DNA of 64,000 bases. Origin: Heteronotia binoei. Lineage: Eukaryota. This document shows, in pieces, positions 1-11,900 of this stretch. The translations under genes were made by a program, and so were the position numbers. The stretch lies in NCBI RefSeq assembly GCF_032191835.1, contig NC_083223.1, forward strand, positions 252,402,001-252,466,000, read 5' to 3'. Positions within the stretch are counted from its first letter, which is position 1; the number at the start of each line of letters is the position of its first letter. Under the pieces are notes generated by a model. That model had not been told where the DNA came from. It made no database searches and saw only the letters and a program-made list of their open reading frames with translations.

Positions 1-2276
1 GAGTTGGTGCCGCAGGACTGCCCCCACCCCATATGGGGAAGCATCGCAAGCCAGGATTAGCGGCAGCGCTTCGTCGAAATGGTGGAGCACTGCGTTTGAA
101 ACAAGGAGGTCTTTTACCACCTGAAACGCAGCGGCTTGTCTCTTTCCCCAAACCCACGGGGCCTGTTTGTCAAGCAGCCTGTGGAGTGGTTCTGCCACGG
201 CCGCTTTGTGGGGGAAGAACGAGTGGTAGAAATTCAATAACCCCAAAAAACTTTGGAGCTCTGCCTTGCACGTGGGGGCCGGGGCTTGGACGATGGCTCT
301 GGTCTTGTCTTCAGTCGGGTGGATCTCTGCTGCATCTACGGCGAACCCCAGGAACTCCACCCACGTACCCCCAGCAAACATTTTTCTTTTTTGACTTTAA
401 GGCCCGCCGCTTGGAACCTGCGGAGCACTTCCCTCAGGCGGCTGCTGAACTCCTGGGCGTCCGGGGCGGCGATTAAAACATCATCAAAGAACGGCTGCAC
501 TCCGGGGATCCCTTTAAGGAGAGAGTCCATTATGCTCTGAAAAATCCCCGAAGCCACACTAACCCCAAACTGAAGCCTTCGCACCCTGAAAGCCCCCCGG
601 TGGGTGACGATGGTCTGCGCCTCGGCGGTCTTGCCGTCGACCGGTAATTGCTGGTATGCTTGGGCTAGATCCAGCTTACCAAAGATTTTGGACTCAGCCA
701 AGGCCGCCAGTACGTGGCTGACCACTGGGACTGGGTAGGGGTTGTCTTGGAGTGCTTTGTTGATTGTGCACTTGTAATCTGCACAAATCCTCACGTCCCC
801 ATTGGGCTTTACCGGTGTGACTATGGGAGTTTCCCAGGCCGCATAGGACACCGGTTCGAGAACCCCCTGGGCTGTGAGGCGGTCCAGCTCCGCCTCGATC
901 TTTGGCTTTAGGGCGAACGGGACCCACCTCACCTTGAGCCGGATTGGTCTGACCAGTGGATCGAGCGGCAGGGTGATGGGCGGTCCCTTGTAACTCCCCA
1001 GGGACCCATCGAAAACAGCTGGGAATTCCCGGCAGACATCCTCAAAACTACCCGCCTGCACTTGCTCTACCCCCACTAGCTGGATTCCTAGTGGTTGGAA
1101 CCAGGCCAGCCCCAGTAAGGTCGTGAGCTGGCGCTTGACCACCAATATGTCCAGAGGACCCCTGAAGTCCCCCCTCTCCACGTTTACCCGGGCCCAGCCC
1201 ACAATGTGCACAGGGTTTTTTTGGAAGTCCCGCAGCACGAAGTCGGCCGGCCTCGTTTGGAGGCGTCGGCGGGGGCACGGTTTCTTAAGAGTCTCCTCCG
1301 AAATAATGGAAATGGAGGAGCCCGAGTCCACTTCCATGAGGCATGGATTGCCCTCGATGAGGACCTTCAATTTAACCTTGTCAGGGGTGGAGAGGGGCAA
1401 GTTTAATACCTGCAGGCTGGTTGATGCTGTCATGTGTGCCTCTGCTGAGTCGTGATGCGCTGACGGTTGCCGGTAGCTGTTCTTGGCCCGGCACGCTCGA
1501 GCAATGTGGCCTGTCTTTCCGCAGCTGCGGCAGTCCATGTTGCGGTACGGACAGTCCCTTCTCTCATGGGGGTCGCCGCAGCTGGCGCACTTGGTGGTGG
1601 AGGGTCTCTCCGTTGCACGTTGCCTCGTGGGGGCTCTTGGGTTTGCTCTTTGGGGCTGCCGGAGTTGGAAAGCCTCTTCCTCCTCCCGGTAGCCCGGCGC
1701 CATTTCTTCTTGGTGGACTGCCTCACCACGTGGGTGGCTGTATGCTCGGGTAGCCCTCTCGAAGGCCGTTGCCTCGTTGAAGGCTTCTTGGAGGGTGAGC
1801 TCTTCCTTGGCGAAAAGCTTCTGCTGCAGCCTTTCGTCTCGGAGGCCCCAGACGAATCGATCCCTCAGGGCCTCCTCACGTTTGTCGAACTCGCAGTTCC
1901 CCGCGATTTGGTGGAGAGCGGCCAGGTAGACCGCCGCCGTTTCCCAAGTCTTCTGATCCCTCTTGTGGAAGAGGAATCTGCGGGCCACGATGGACGGTTG
2001 GGGCGAGAAATGCCCTGTGAGGAGTCTGACGACCTCCCCGTATGTCCTCTCGGTGAGCTTCGCTGGTGCTGAGAGACCTCGGGCAATCTCGAAGGTTGCC
2101 CCTCCGTAGACGCTCAACAGGACGTCCCTCATTCTGTTGTCGTCTGTGATTAAGTTGGCACGCAGGTAGCAGTCGACCCGCTCGGTATACGTTTCCCACC
2201 TCTCGGGGTGGTCTGGGTTGAACTCGGCAAGATGGCCCGTCGTTACGCTAGAGTTCACCATGGTGGCGGCGGGCAT
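1..2276 (-). pseudogene. Gypsy gag-pol polyprotein, single fused ORF with one 1-nt frameshift near 361-366
   Basis: ORF 2276..336 drifts out of frame after CLLGV. The frame starting at 360 reads VEFLGFAVDAAEIHPTEDK...FLGLLNFYHSFFPHKAAVAEPLHRLL...DASPYGVGAVLRHQL with no stop for 120 codons to the window edge. Confidence 0.9.
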
Positions 2277-2351
2277 CTCAGTTCTTGCGGTTCAGCGTCT
2301 TCCTCGTCTTCAGCTATGTCAGGCTCCCCTCGCGGATGCCTTCCTATCTAG

Positions 2352-2369
2352 ATCCCATCCTCGTCGCCA
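2352..2369 (-). promoter_or_regulatory. Primer-binding site complementary to the tRNA-Ser(GCU) 3' end
   Basis: Minus strand TGGCGACGAGGATGGGAT lies 1 nt after the LTR's terminal CA. Plus strand ATCCCATCCTCGTCGCCA equals the 3' 18 nt of vertebrate tRNA-Ser(GCU)+CCA as recalled. Confidence 0.8.
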
Positions 2370-2370
2370 G

Positions 2371-2647
2371 TGTAATGTACTCGGAGATGAGATGTGTTGA
2401 AGACAACATACTTTATTAGCTGGTACATCACAAGATGGGGAATGCGGGCCGGGACCCGCTTTATATACACTTTATCCCGGAACAGCCCCTGGACTGGCCA
2501 GTCCAATCCTGGCCCGTCAAACTTCCCGCCACAGATCTTGATTGGTGGGGACCTTTCGCGCGCTGCGCCCGGTGACCTGGGGATTCCCCTGGTCGCCTCT
2601 GATGCAGGACCGCGTGGTGCTTTCATTTAGCACAAGATGCTACATCA
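2371..2647 (-). repeat. 5' LTR of the Gypsy element (~275 bp)
   Basis: TG...CA termini (minus TGATGTAGC...GTACATTACA; the start could be 2644). Minus-strand TATATAAA at 2460-2467 and AATAAA at 2412-2417. Abuts the PBS. Confidence 0.8.
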
Positions 2648-3679
2648 CCACTTTGGGGTCAGGCAGCAAACTCCAGACCAGTTTGGCAAAGGATCCTGTA
2701 GTTTGGGGGGGGGGGTTGCCATCTTCTGGGGATGAAGCAGGAGTCGCTGGAAGTGTGTGGGGGTGGGGGGTGGGGAGGTATTTGTGAATTTCCTGCAGTG
2801 CAGGGGGTTGGAGTAGTTGACCTTGGAGGCCCCTTCCAGCCCTTTGATTCCTTTCATGGAACCACATGAAACTGCCTTAAACTGAATCAGACCATGGGTC
2901 TGTATGGTCCGTATTGTCCACTCAGAGCAGCAACTCTCCAGAATCTCAGGCAGAGGCCTTTAGCTCCTGGTTCTTTTAACTGGAGATGCTGGGGGTCATC
3001 TGTGGGACCTTCTGCAGGCAAAGCAGAGGCTCTTCCACTGAGCCACAGCCTTGTGTAAAGTGCTTATAACACAGAATAGAGAAACCAAGAACTGCTCAGC
3101 AGCCATTCATCCCCCTCCTCCGATAGAACCCAACATTTATTGTGAAAACATGGTGGCAAGAATATTTATGGTATGATGGTAGGCTGGTGTCAAGCTATAT
3201 GATCCTGGGCAAGCCTCATTCACAGGCCACTCTTTGCAACCTAAAATGTTTCTATATAGTCCAGTTGGAACAGAATAGTAAGACGTAATAAAAAACCAGA
3301 TTAGGCAGTTATCCATTTTATCAGATTGCCATCCAAAGATTAATATAGCACTGAAATGTTTTGATTTTTATGATTTTATGTACTTTTATATTTCATGTAT
3401 ATACATGAACATGTAAGCCGCCCTGAGCCTGTTCTGGCGGGCAGGGCGGGATATAAATAGAACAAAATAAAATAAAATAATATGGGGATGAAGTTAATAC
3501 TGTCCTGCCGTGTAGAGCTGTCGCACATATAAATGTTGGGAAGTTTCAGAGATAACAAATACAACCCACAAAGCAGAGTGTGTTGGATTGCAGCTCTGCA
3601 ATTCTGAGCCCACGTTTACAGTACTGCAGAGTCACGCCGGTGTAAAAGCGTGGGTTTAGATAGATCAGACCCCACTATA

Positions 3680-3850
3680 AAAGCCTCCACCATGCGGATC
3701 GAGGCGCGATTGCTAAGGCGACACTGCCGTTTCCGCCGATTGGTCATTGTGCCTGGAGAAGGCGGGGCTAGATCGGCGGAGGCCGCGCCCGGAAGAAGTG
3801 TTTCTTGTGAGAGAGGCGAACCGGAAGGTGAAGAGAGAGGCTGTGAGTGG
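3680..3850 (+). promoter_or_regulatory. KATNB1 CpG-island promoter and probable non-coding exon 1
   Basis: CpG-rich patch with inverted CCAAT (gattgg), GC box (ggcggggc) and two ETS-type CCGGAAG motifs. Candidate donor CT|GTGAGT at 3843. Confidence 0.65.
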
Positions 3851-5945
3851 ACGATGGAGGAGCCAATTGTGAGGTTTGTTGTCAGGGGGCCGGTTGTCAA
3901 GAGCCCGCTGGCTGCCAGCCAAGTGGGAGCTTGGCGGCGGCAGTAGTGAATGCCGAGGGTCGTGGACTTGCAGCCCGGCAGGTAGTCCTCCCGGTAGGCA
4001 TTGGCTGCTCTGCCGCTGGAGGGTGAGTGGCCCTTGGCTGAGGTTAGAGAAGATGCCCACCCCAGCCTAACGGGGGCCCAGAGGGTGTGAGGCCTTAGTC
4101 CGCTTCTCTTTCCACTCATTGAATGGGAGGGGGCGCTGAGGGGAGCCTTGTGGGCTGCCTGCCCATTTCAAAACTTATTGCTAGGGCTCACGTGTATAGT
4201 ATAATAGTCATAGTAATACCAATAATAGTGATATTGTTAGAGTAACTTCCTTTATTGTTTTCTCAAATGAATGAGGTCACTCACATAACTGCTAATTAGA
4301 ACTGCTGTTTCTAATAGAATATTTGGAAGTACAGAATACATGCTGCAAGATAGTAACTTGCCCACACCAGCACTTATTATTATTGCTATATATGCTGTAT
4401 TGTAATAGAGGGTATGTCTCAATGGAACAGCATGCAGGGTGGTATCAGGTTCAATTCCTGGCACCTCCTTTATTTTAGAAGGATCAGGTGGTATGATTCT
4501 GGCAAATACTGGAAATCAGAATAGAGAACCCTGGCCTCGATAGATGCAAGAGCCTTGGCAGAAGACAGCTTCATGTTTTATTTGTGTAGAACTTTGCACT
4601 GTGTGTGTATTATGTGTACTGTTCATGTTATTTGTATGGATGTGCTAATTCAGGTTTAAAAGTGCTTTACATGCATCAGTTTGTGGTAGCCCTGTTAGGC
4701 TGGTCAGTATTGCTGTTCCAGGATTAAAGTTACTAGGGCTACAAAGTAACAGGGTATGATTTGGACTTCCTGGATCACAGTTCATCCTCTTAGCTGATGA
4801 GATGGGGCTACTGGATTCCTGTGCAGCTCCCAATCCTAGGATTTTCATGAGAAGGAATGTTACCTGATACTGATTTTCCCACTGCTGAGATGTTGTACCT
4901 GTATTTTTGGGTATGTGATTCTGTATTGATATGCAGTTGTGGTTGAATGCCAGATATTCTGTGTCCATTACAGGATCTGGGAGATCCAGGGTCAAATCTC
5001 TCTGGCATCAAGATTATTAGCTGACTCTGGGGTAGTCCCAGTTGTCATGAGGATAACATGGCGAAGGGAAAGCCATGTACACTTCCAATAAACATTGTTT
5101 TAGAAAAGAAGTGTTTATTTAAGTAGTGTACATTGAAGAAAACATCTGCAACTTTTTTATTTTCCATCACATATTTAAAATTTGTTTTTAAATCACTAAT
5201 TAGTGTGCTTCCTCTATGGTAACCACAGTGTGAGAAACTAGGCACACAGTTCATTTTTTCTTGTATTTGTGATCAGGTTCATGTCAATAATATATATCTT
5301 TAGAGAAAACCATTTTGGTCCTGAAAGATTTGGGAATGGCTGTCATTTTGGATTGCATTGTCTGTTTATGCATCACTGCCTGTAAGTGATGGTGTTCTTG
5401 GATTATGAGCTGTGTATTGACAAATGGCCTTATCTGTCATCCTAAAAAAAAGCTGTACCATTTCTGTGGTCTGAATGAGAAGTGTGTTAAATACAGTGCT
5501 CTCAAAAAGAGTACCTTAGTGTTCACAGGACATTCACACACATACCCTTGTAAATAAGTGATGGTGTGTATTGTGTTGTGCTCCAAGAAATGGCTGTTCA
5601 GATAAGTGGACATATGAGTAACCTCATTAAGCTCTTTAAAGTTGTTTGTTTGCTTTTACCATGCTTTGCTGGAGTAATTGATATGATCGTCTCTGCTATC
5701 TTTCAGGTTAATTGCTTCCCAGGATCCGGCTCACTTAATGGAAGAAATAGGCCTCTGGATCTAGGAGGAGACAACATAGCAGTAATAATAATTGTTCTGA
5801 GGAACATTTTGTTGACTTGACTGCTGCAGGCCAGTTCACAAACTGGAGTGTCATACCTGTGGGGTTCTGCCCCATACACACTGATGAAAGCTCAGCCTTT
5901 GGTCAGAAAAAAACTGATTCTCTTGAGCCGTGTCAGACCCTGGTA

Positions 5946-8900
5946 ATGGCAGCTGCAGTTGCCACCAAGACAGCTTGGAAGCTGCGTGAGTGAAATGCTC
6001 TCTCCTCTTTTTATTAGCTAGACCTCTGCCATGTCAGCAGCTCCACTTTGGAGCGTATTAACTCCATCTTGGTTGCTTCCCCTGGGCTTTGCTACTGTAT
6101 TTTTTTCTTCATTCTTTCCTTCCCTCAGCCTGCCTGCTTTTCTGGGGAGGCTTGTTTGTGGTGCATAAGACTTAATGCTGCTGGACTCTTGCTTTCAGGC
6201 TTGGAAGACAAGTTCCAAGGGCAAATTTGGTGTACCTTAGTGTAAATTTAGTGTACTGATATGCTTTGTGGGCAGCAGTGATGGGCTGCTGCTTATACAG
6301 AAAGATTTCAAGCTACCTTGAGGAATGTCAGCTGGAGGTTTCAGGACTTACAGTGGACAGCTGCCTTATCAGGTGGTGAACAAATTTCTGCTTGGCTAAG
6401 ACTGCTTAAAGAAAGCCCTGTATTTGTCTGGTTCTATCATTGTATACAACTGGTACTATCATTTTTGCACTTGTTTCCTCTCACTGTTGTCTATCTTTGG
6501 GTATTAAATCTAATTTTGTATCCCCTGTGCAATCCTTTATCATAAAGGGAGATGTCAAAAATATGCTTCTCTGCACAGGGGATGGTGTGCATAGGGGGAG
6601 GCACACAATAAGCAACAATTAAAGGAACGCATGGGAAGAAACCCTGCAAGTAAAGAAAGTTATTGTCATTGGAGAAGAAGAGATGAGCCACGTTTGGATG
6701 CCTCAGTGCAACCTCAGACTAGAACATGCTGAGCTGGTACCCTGTAGGGTTGAGCTTCTTCGCGTACTAACTTTAGAGGTATCCAGGACCTCTTTAAGAG
6801 TAGAAGAAGAGGAGAGAACTCTGGAGAGAGACGTGCTGTCATTTAACCTCTGTACAAAAGATGAGACCTGCTGAACCAGGGCTCCATTTAGGCCAGTATC
6901 CTGTTTCACACAGTGGTCAACTGGTTGCCCTGGAGAGCCAACAGCGCATAGAACCAAGGCCATCCTCCTATGTTGCTCCCTGGCACTGGGTTCAGAGGTT
7001 TTTTACTCCATCTGAATACGGAGCTTCCTTTTACTTGCCATGGATAGTAGCCATAACAAATGTATTGCTGTGGAGGCTGTCCCAGACATGGTGCCACTAG
7101 TATGTGTATCCAGAAGCAGTTGTTGCAAATTCCCAGGCAGGTGGCCAACTAGGTCTGCTCTGTACGGTTATTTTTATGTTTAAATATTCTGACAGATGTA
7201 AACAGTGTTTAGTGCTGGGGGAAATTTCCAAGTGAAAAGGAGAAAGCAGCTCATCAGGAGGCTATGGAAGGCTAGGGAATTCTTCTATTGTCTGGCAAAC
7301 ATTTGTTCTAAAGGAAATTCATTTTGAAGCTAGAGCTCATTTGCTGAAGCCAAGGGTGTTGTTGTTCAGGTTGTGGTATTCATTATTATTAGTCTGCAGG
7401 TTGGGAAAACCTGCAGATTCCAAGCTGAGCAACTGGGCTTCTGACCTGAATGCTTATCTTGTTCCAGTTTACACACTTGCAGCAGGGTGGTATAGGGATT
7501 CCTATCTCTCTCTTTAAAAAACAAACTCTTACTTAAAAATGCCACTATATGCATAAAACATGCAACTAAAATATCCTTTCTCTTCTGCTTTATCATTAAA
7601 AGTGCACTTGTATATTGTTGTATGTGGGGTGTGGGATGATAATAAGTCTGATGATGGAAAGTACTCAGGCTTTACGTTTGCTTTGTCTTGCAGAGGAGAT
7701 CATAGCTCACAGCAGCAATGTTTCTTCACTGGTGCTGGGCAAAAATTCGGGCCGGCTGCTGGCAACCGGTGGAGATGACTGTCGAGTTAACATCTGGTCA
7801 GTTAACAAGCCCAACTGTATTATGGTAAGAATTGGCTAAATCTCCTTTGGCTTGCAGAAAAATGGGCCGGGAAGTAATAGCTTTTGCCAGGTAGAAAACT
7901 GTAGCTATTAAAAGCCCTGGAGTTGAACAACGGGAAAAGCTCATTCTCTCTGTTACCTTGAGGGGTGGGGAGAATGAGACTCTGTGGTTGTTTTAAAAAA
8001 GAGAAAGAAACAAAAGGAGAAACATTTCAAAAGCAAGTAGGAATGCTTTTTTCCCACCAGAAAATTGTAACAATAGATTGGCCACCAATTAATTTAGTAA
8101 ATGAATAAAAAAGAGGCCTCGTCCAGAAGAACTTGGAACTTATCCACTACCCCCAGTACTCAGTACTTCCCACCACCACCACTACCATGCAACATCCTAG
8201 ATGTCCATAGATGGTCTTATTACCATTTCCCAACAAAATTAATTACTTGTGAGCCCTGCACAAAGTGATTCAAGCTTGGGTGGATTTCTTTTGCCTTGAC
8301 ATATATTTTCTTCCAGCCTGTTCTTCAAAGGGGTGAGAAGAATTCCTGATGCCTCCAAGAGAGGAGGTTAGTCAGGACTGCCCTTGGTAGGATTCAAATC
8401 CAGTTTCCTCTTCTTGCAAATTTTGAGATCCTGCTTCACCCTGTCCCTGTTTTTTTTGACCCAGGCTGGCCTAAGCTGGGGCAGCCCTCAGGTAGCATAT
8501 TTTGGTCATCAAATAGTGCGGAACTTTTCTGACCCTGCTGGTGGACCTCCAAATGACAACTGGTTTTTGCCATTGTGCAATACAGAGTGTTGGACTGCAT
8601 GGGCCATTGGCCTGATCCGACATGGCTTCTTATGTTCTTACGTTAACTTCATTAACAACTTTCTTTCCTGCTAATTGTCAGGGGATAGGTGAGCTAATTT
8701 AGAAGTTTCTCCTATAGTGTAAGAGCTGATTTGCTGTGGCTGTAGTGCTGCTTCTGTAACAAATGAAGGAGCCAAGAGGCACTAAGTTAAAAAGAGTCTC
8801 TGCATTTCTATTGGCTGGCACTTGCTAGTAGGATCTGGGTGGCATTTGGGAGTGGCCAATGGTTCAGAAGAAGAGCATCTGTTTGGCATGCAAGAAGTCA

Positions 8901-11900
8901 CAGGTTCAATTCCTGGCATCTCGTGTTAAGAGGCAGGCAACAGGTGATGTAAAGGATTGCTGCCTGAGACCCTAGTGAGCTGCTTCCAGTCAGAGTAGAC
9001 GATACTGACTGTGATGGGCAAGGGGTTTGATTGACTATAAGGTAGTTATGTTCACCTGGGAAGGTGATTCCTTCCTATAGAAACATTGCTTGGCTTCCAA
9101 AAGGGTGTCCAAAGACAACTACATTTTCTGGTGAAAAAGGTCAAGATGGGTAGCCATGTTAGTCTGTCTCTTGCAGCAGAAAAAAGCAGGCGTCCAGAAG
9201 CACTTCAAAGACTAACAAAATTTGTGGCAGAGTATGAACATTCATGAGTCACTGATCTCTGTTTCAGATATCTGAAGAAGTCAGCAGTGATTTACAAAAT
9301 CTCATCCCCTGCCACAAGTTTTGTTAGTCTTTGAGGTACGACTGGACTCTTGTTCTTTTCCACTGCTGGTGAAAAATGGTTATACATTTAAATGCTCATA
9401 CCCTGACATTTAGTGAACATGAGGGTTTGGAGGTCAATAAGAGTTTTGTGAACAAGAGTTGAGTGTGTTGCTGGGCTAGCCACAAAGCAGAGAGCCCCAG
9501 GATTGCGAGGTACTTTAATGGTGACCATGTCTTACAATGTAGTTCAATAATTATTGGGAGTCAACAGACTTTCAGTTTGGCTGTCATAGAGCAGGCCAGT
9601 TGCAGGCTGCAAACATAGCTGACTGGTTTGGCTACTAATCTTTGAGAACGGAAGGTGGGGGGGGGGTACTTTGCAAGACAGATTTTATGCACATATTATC
9701 AGGCAAGTACATAAGCACCTTTTGCATAGAAGTATCATTTAAGCACAAGGCAGCATTCACCTGAAAACAGATTCTCACTCTTAAGCCCGCTGACACTGTA
9801 GGTCAGAAACTAATCATTCCCATATAATGAAATATTTGTTTCCCTGCTGAAGTGATATATTTTAGCAGCAAGGTCATCTGGCCATCTGTGTTTTCTCTTG
9901 TTATGTAGAGATATGTATCCAGGGCCACAGTATGCTGGAACTCTGAGGACAGTCTTGCTTTGAGTATCACAGGTCTCTCTCCCCTCCAATGCTGCCACGG
10001 GTATTGTTTGCAGGTTATTTACTATATTTTTCTCCAAGGAGCAGAGCAGCATAATACGGGATTTGCCTTTTCCCAGTTTTATCCTCACAACAGGTCTTCA
10101 AAGTAGATTAGGCTGAGTGAGCAAAGGGTGATTGACTCAATGTCGTCCAATGAGCTTCATAGCAGTGTGAGGACTGGAACATGGATTTCCCGGAGCCAGT
10201 GTATCTCTGACCAGTGTATCACTCTAGCATTCTGCTGCTGTAAAAAACACTTTGTGCTTTATCAGGTGGAGGCTGTAGAAGCTTTCCAGAAGCTTTAAAA
10301 AAAAAATTCCTTTGCTTCCAAGATGAAGAATAGTTTAAAAGCAAAAAAGCCACTGAATATTTACATCAGTTATTCAATTTTTGATTTGATATAGCTGAAG
10401 TAAAGAAAAACAGTCTCTGCAGAATAGTAATTTCAGTTGCTTAGCCTGAACTTGTTTTTTTAATTCAATAGGCAAAATGAAGCTACCTGTATTCTACTAG
10501 CAGTTTAGTTCTTGGATCTTAATCCACCTCTAGGAGGAACTCTGCTCCTCCTTTCATCTGCAAGGCTGGTACCCTGATATCTTCTGGGGCTGTGAACATG
10601 GCTGTCATGTAACTTCCATGCATTCTCTACCTCATCCTGCAAAAAGAACTGTAGCAATCAGTCTAGGATCTTCAAAGCTGCTGCTGTGAGCTCTGGTTTG
10701 AGGTGGGACTTTGTTTGGCTCATTGTTGCTCTTTGTCTTGTCCAGAGTTTGACAGGTCACACAACCCCAGTGGAGAGTGTGAAGATCAATACAACTGAAG
10801 AGCTGATTGTTGCAGGGTCACAGTCAGGCTCCATTCGAATCTGGGACCTGGAAGCTGCCAAAAGTAAGTTCAGAGCCAAGTTGTTTTGTGACTTCCAATT
10901 TCTAAATTGCATTGCAGCTATCTGGCTTTTTAAACAACACTGATGAGATTCTAAGAAATCGTGTGTGTAGACTTCCTCCAGTTTCTATTAAATTCTAATT
11001 CTAATTTCATTTTAAACCAGATTGCTTTGAACTGAAGTTTTAAAATATCTGCCTGATCTTAATTTTTAGAAAGGGGGGGTGGGGTTGGTGGGAGAGAGGT
11101 GCAGAATCAATGCTTGCTGGGTTATATCAATACTTTCCTTCCTACCTAGTTCTTCGTACTTTAATGGGTCACAAAGCAAACATCTGCAGCCTAGATTTCC
11201 ATCCTTTTGGAGGCTTTGTAGCTTCAGGCTCTATGGACACTAACGTTAAGGTAAGCTTGCACTGAGTATGTCTCTTTGACAACAGTTAGTTCCCTGTGGA
11301 ATATTTCTTCTGCAACACCGACATATTGGTTTGTATTGAGGGGTGCTGCTGATATTCTTGCTTGACACTTCTGAAATTCTGTTGCTAATGTAACCTCTTT
11401 AGCAAGCTGGCAATTTATCCCTGGGCATTTTTTAACTCTGTATTTAACTAATAAGCCTCAGATTGTTTTCCAGTTGAATGATACTTCCCATTATTGGTGG
11501 GTGGTGGAAAAAGCTGCTTATCATTGGACATATAAAAGGAAAATACATAGCTTGTGAGACTCACTATTCCCTGGATTTAGTTTGCTAATTAATCTACTGG
11601 GATTACATGACTTAAAAAAATCTTAGCTTTAATCAGGTCTTTTGATTTTTTCAGAACACTTCCAATTGTGTAACTTTTCTTTTTCCCCCTCTTGTGCAGC
11701 TTTGGGATGTTAGGAGAAAAGGCTGTGTCTTTAGGTACAAGGTAAGCGAAATCGTTTTATCTAGGTCTCATGTAGGACTCAGGCAGCCCAATCCAGACAT
11801 ACGTGGGGGCTGCTGCTCGGGCATGGATGGATCTATGGCGCTGCTCATTGGCTTCTAAAGGGGAGATGTTACACCACACTTGGAGGGGGAAAAGCGGCCC

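Larger units (their letters stand above)
1..2647 (-). mobile_element. Ty3/Gypsy LTR retrotransposon (5' LTR, PBS, gag-pro-RT-RNaseH; truncated by left window edge)
   Basis: Minus-strand 646-aa ORF with Gag, two Zn knuckles (CASCGDPHERRDC, CRSCGKTGHIARAC), aspartic protease (MEVDSGS) and RT (KLDLAQAYQQL...RLQFG...FFDDVLI). The shifted frame continues into RNaseH (LILACDASPYGVGAVL). PR-RT-RH order and an upstream LTR and PBS fit Ty3/Gypsy. Confidence 0.95.

Noticed and set aside
33-2072. Plus-strand ORFs of 95-201 aa over the Gypsy element
   Set aside because: Antisense shadows of a GC-rich coding frame; no domain motifs.
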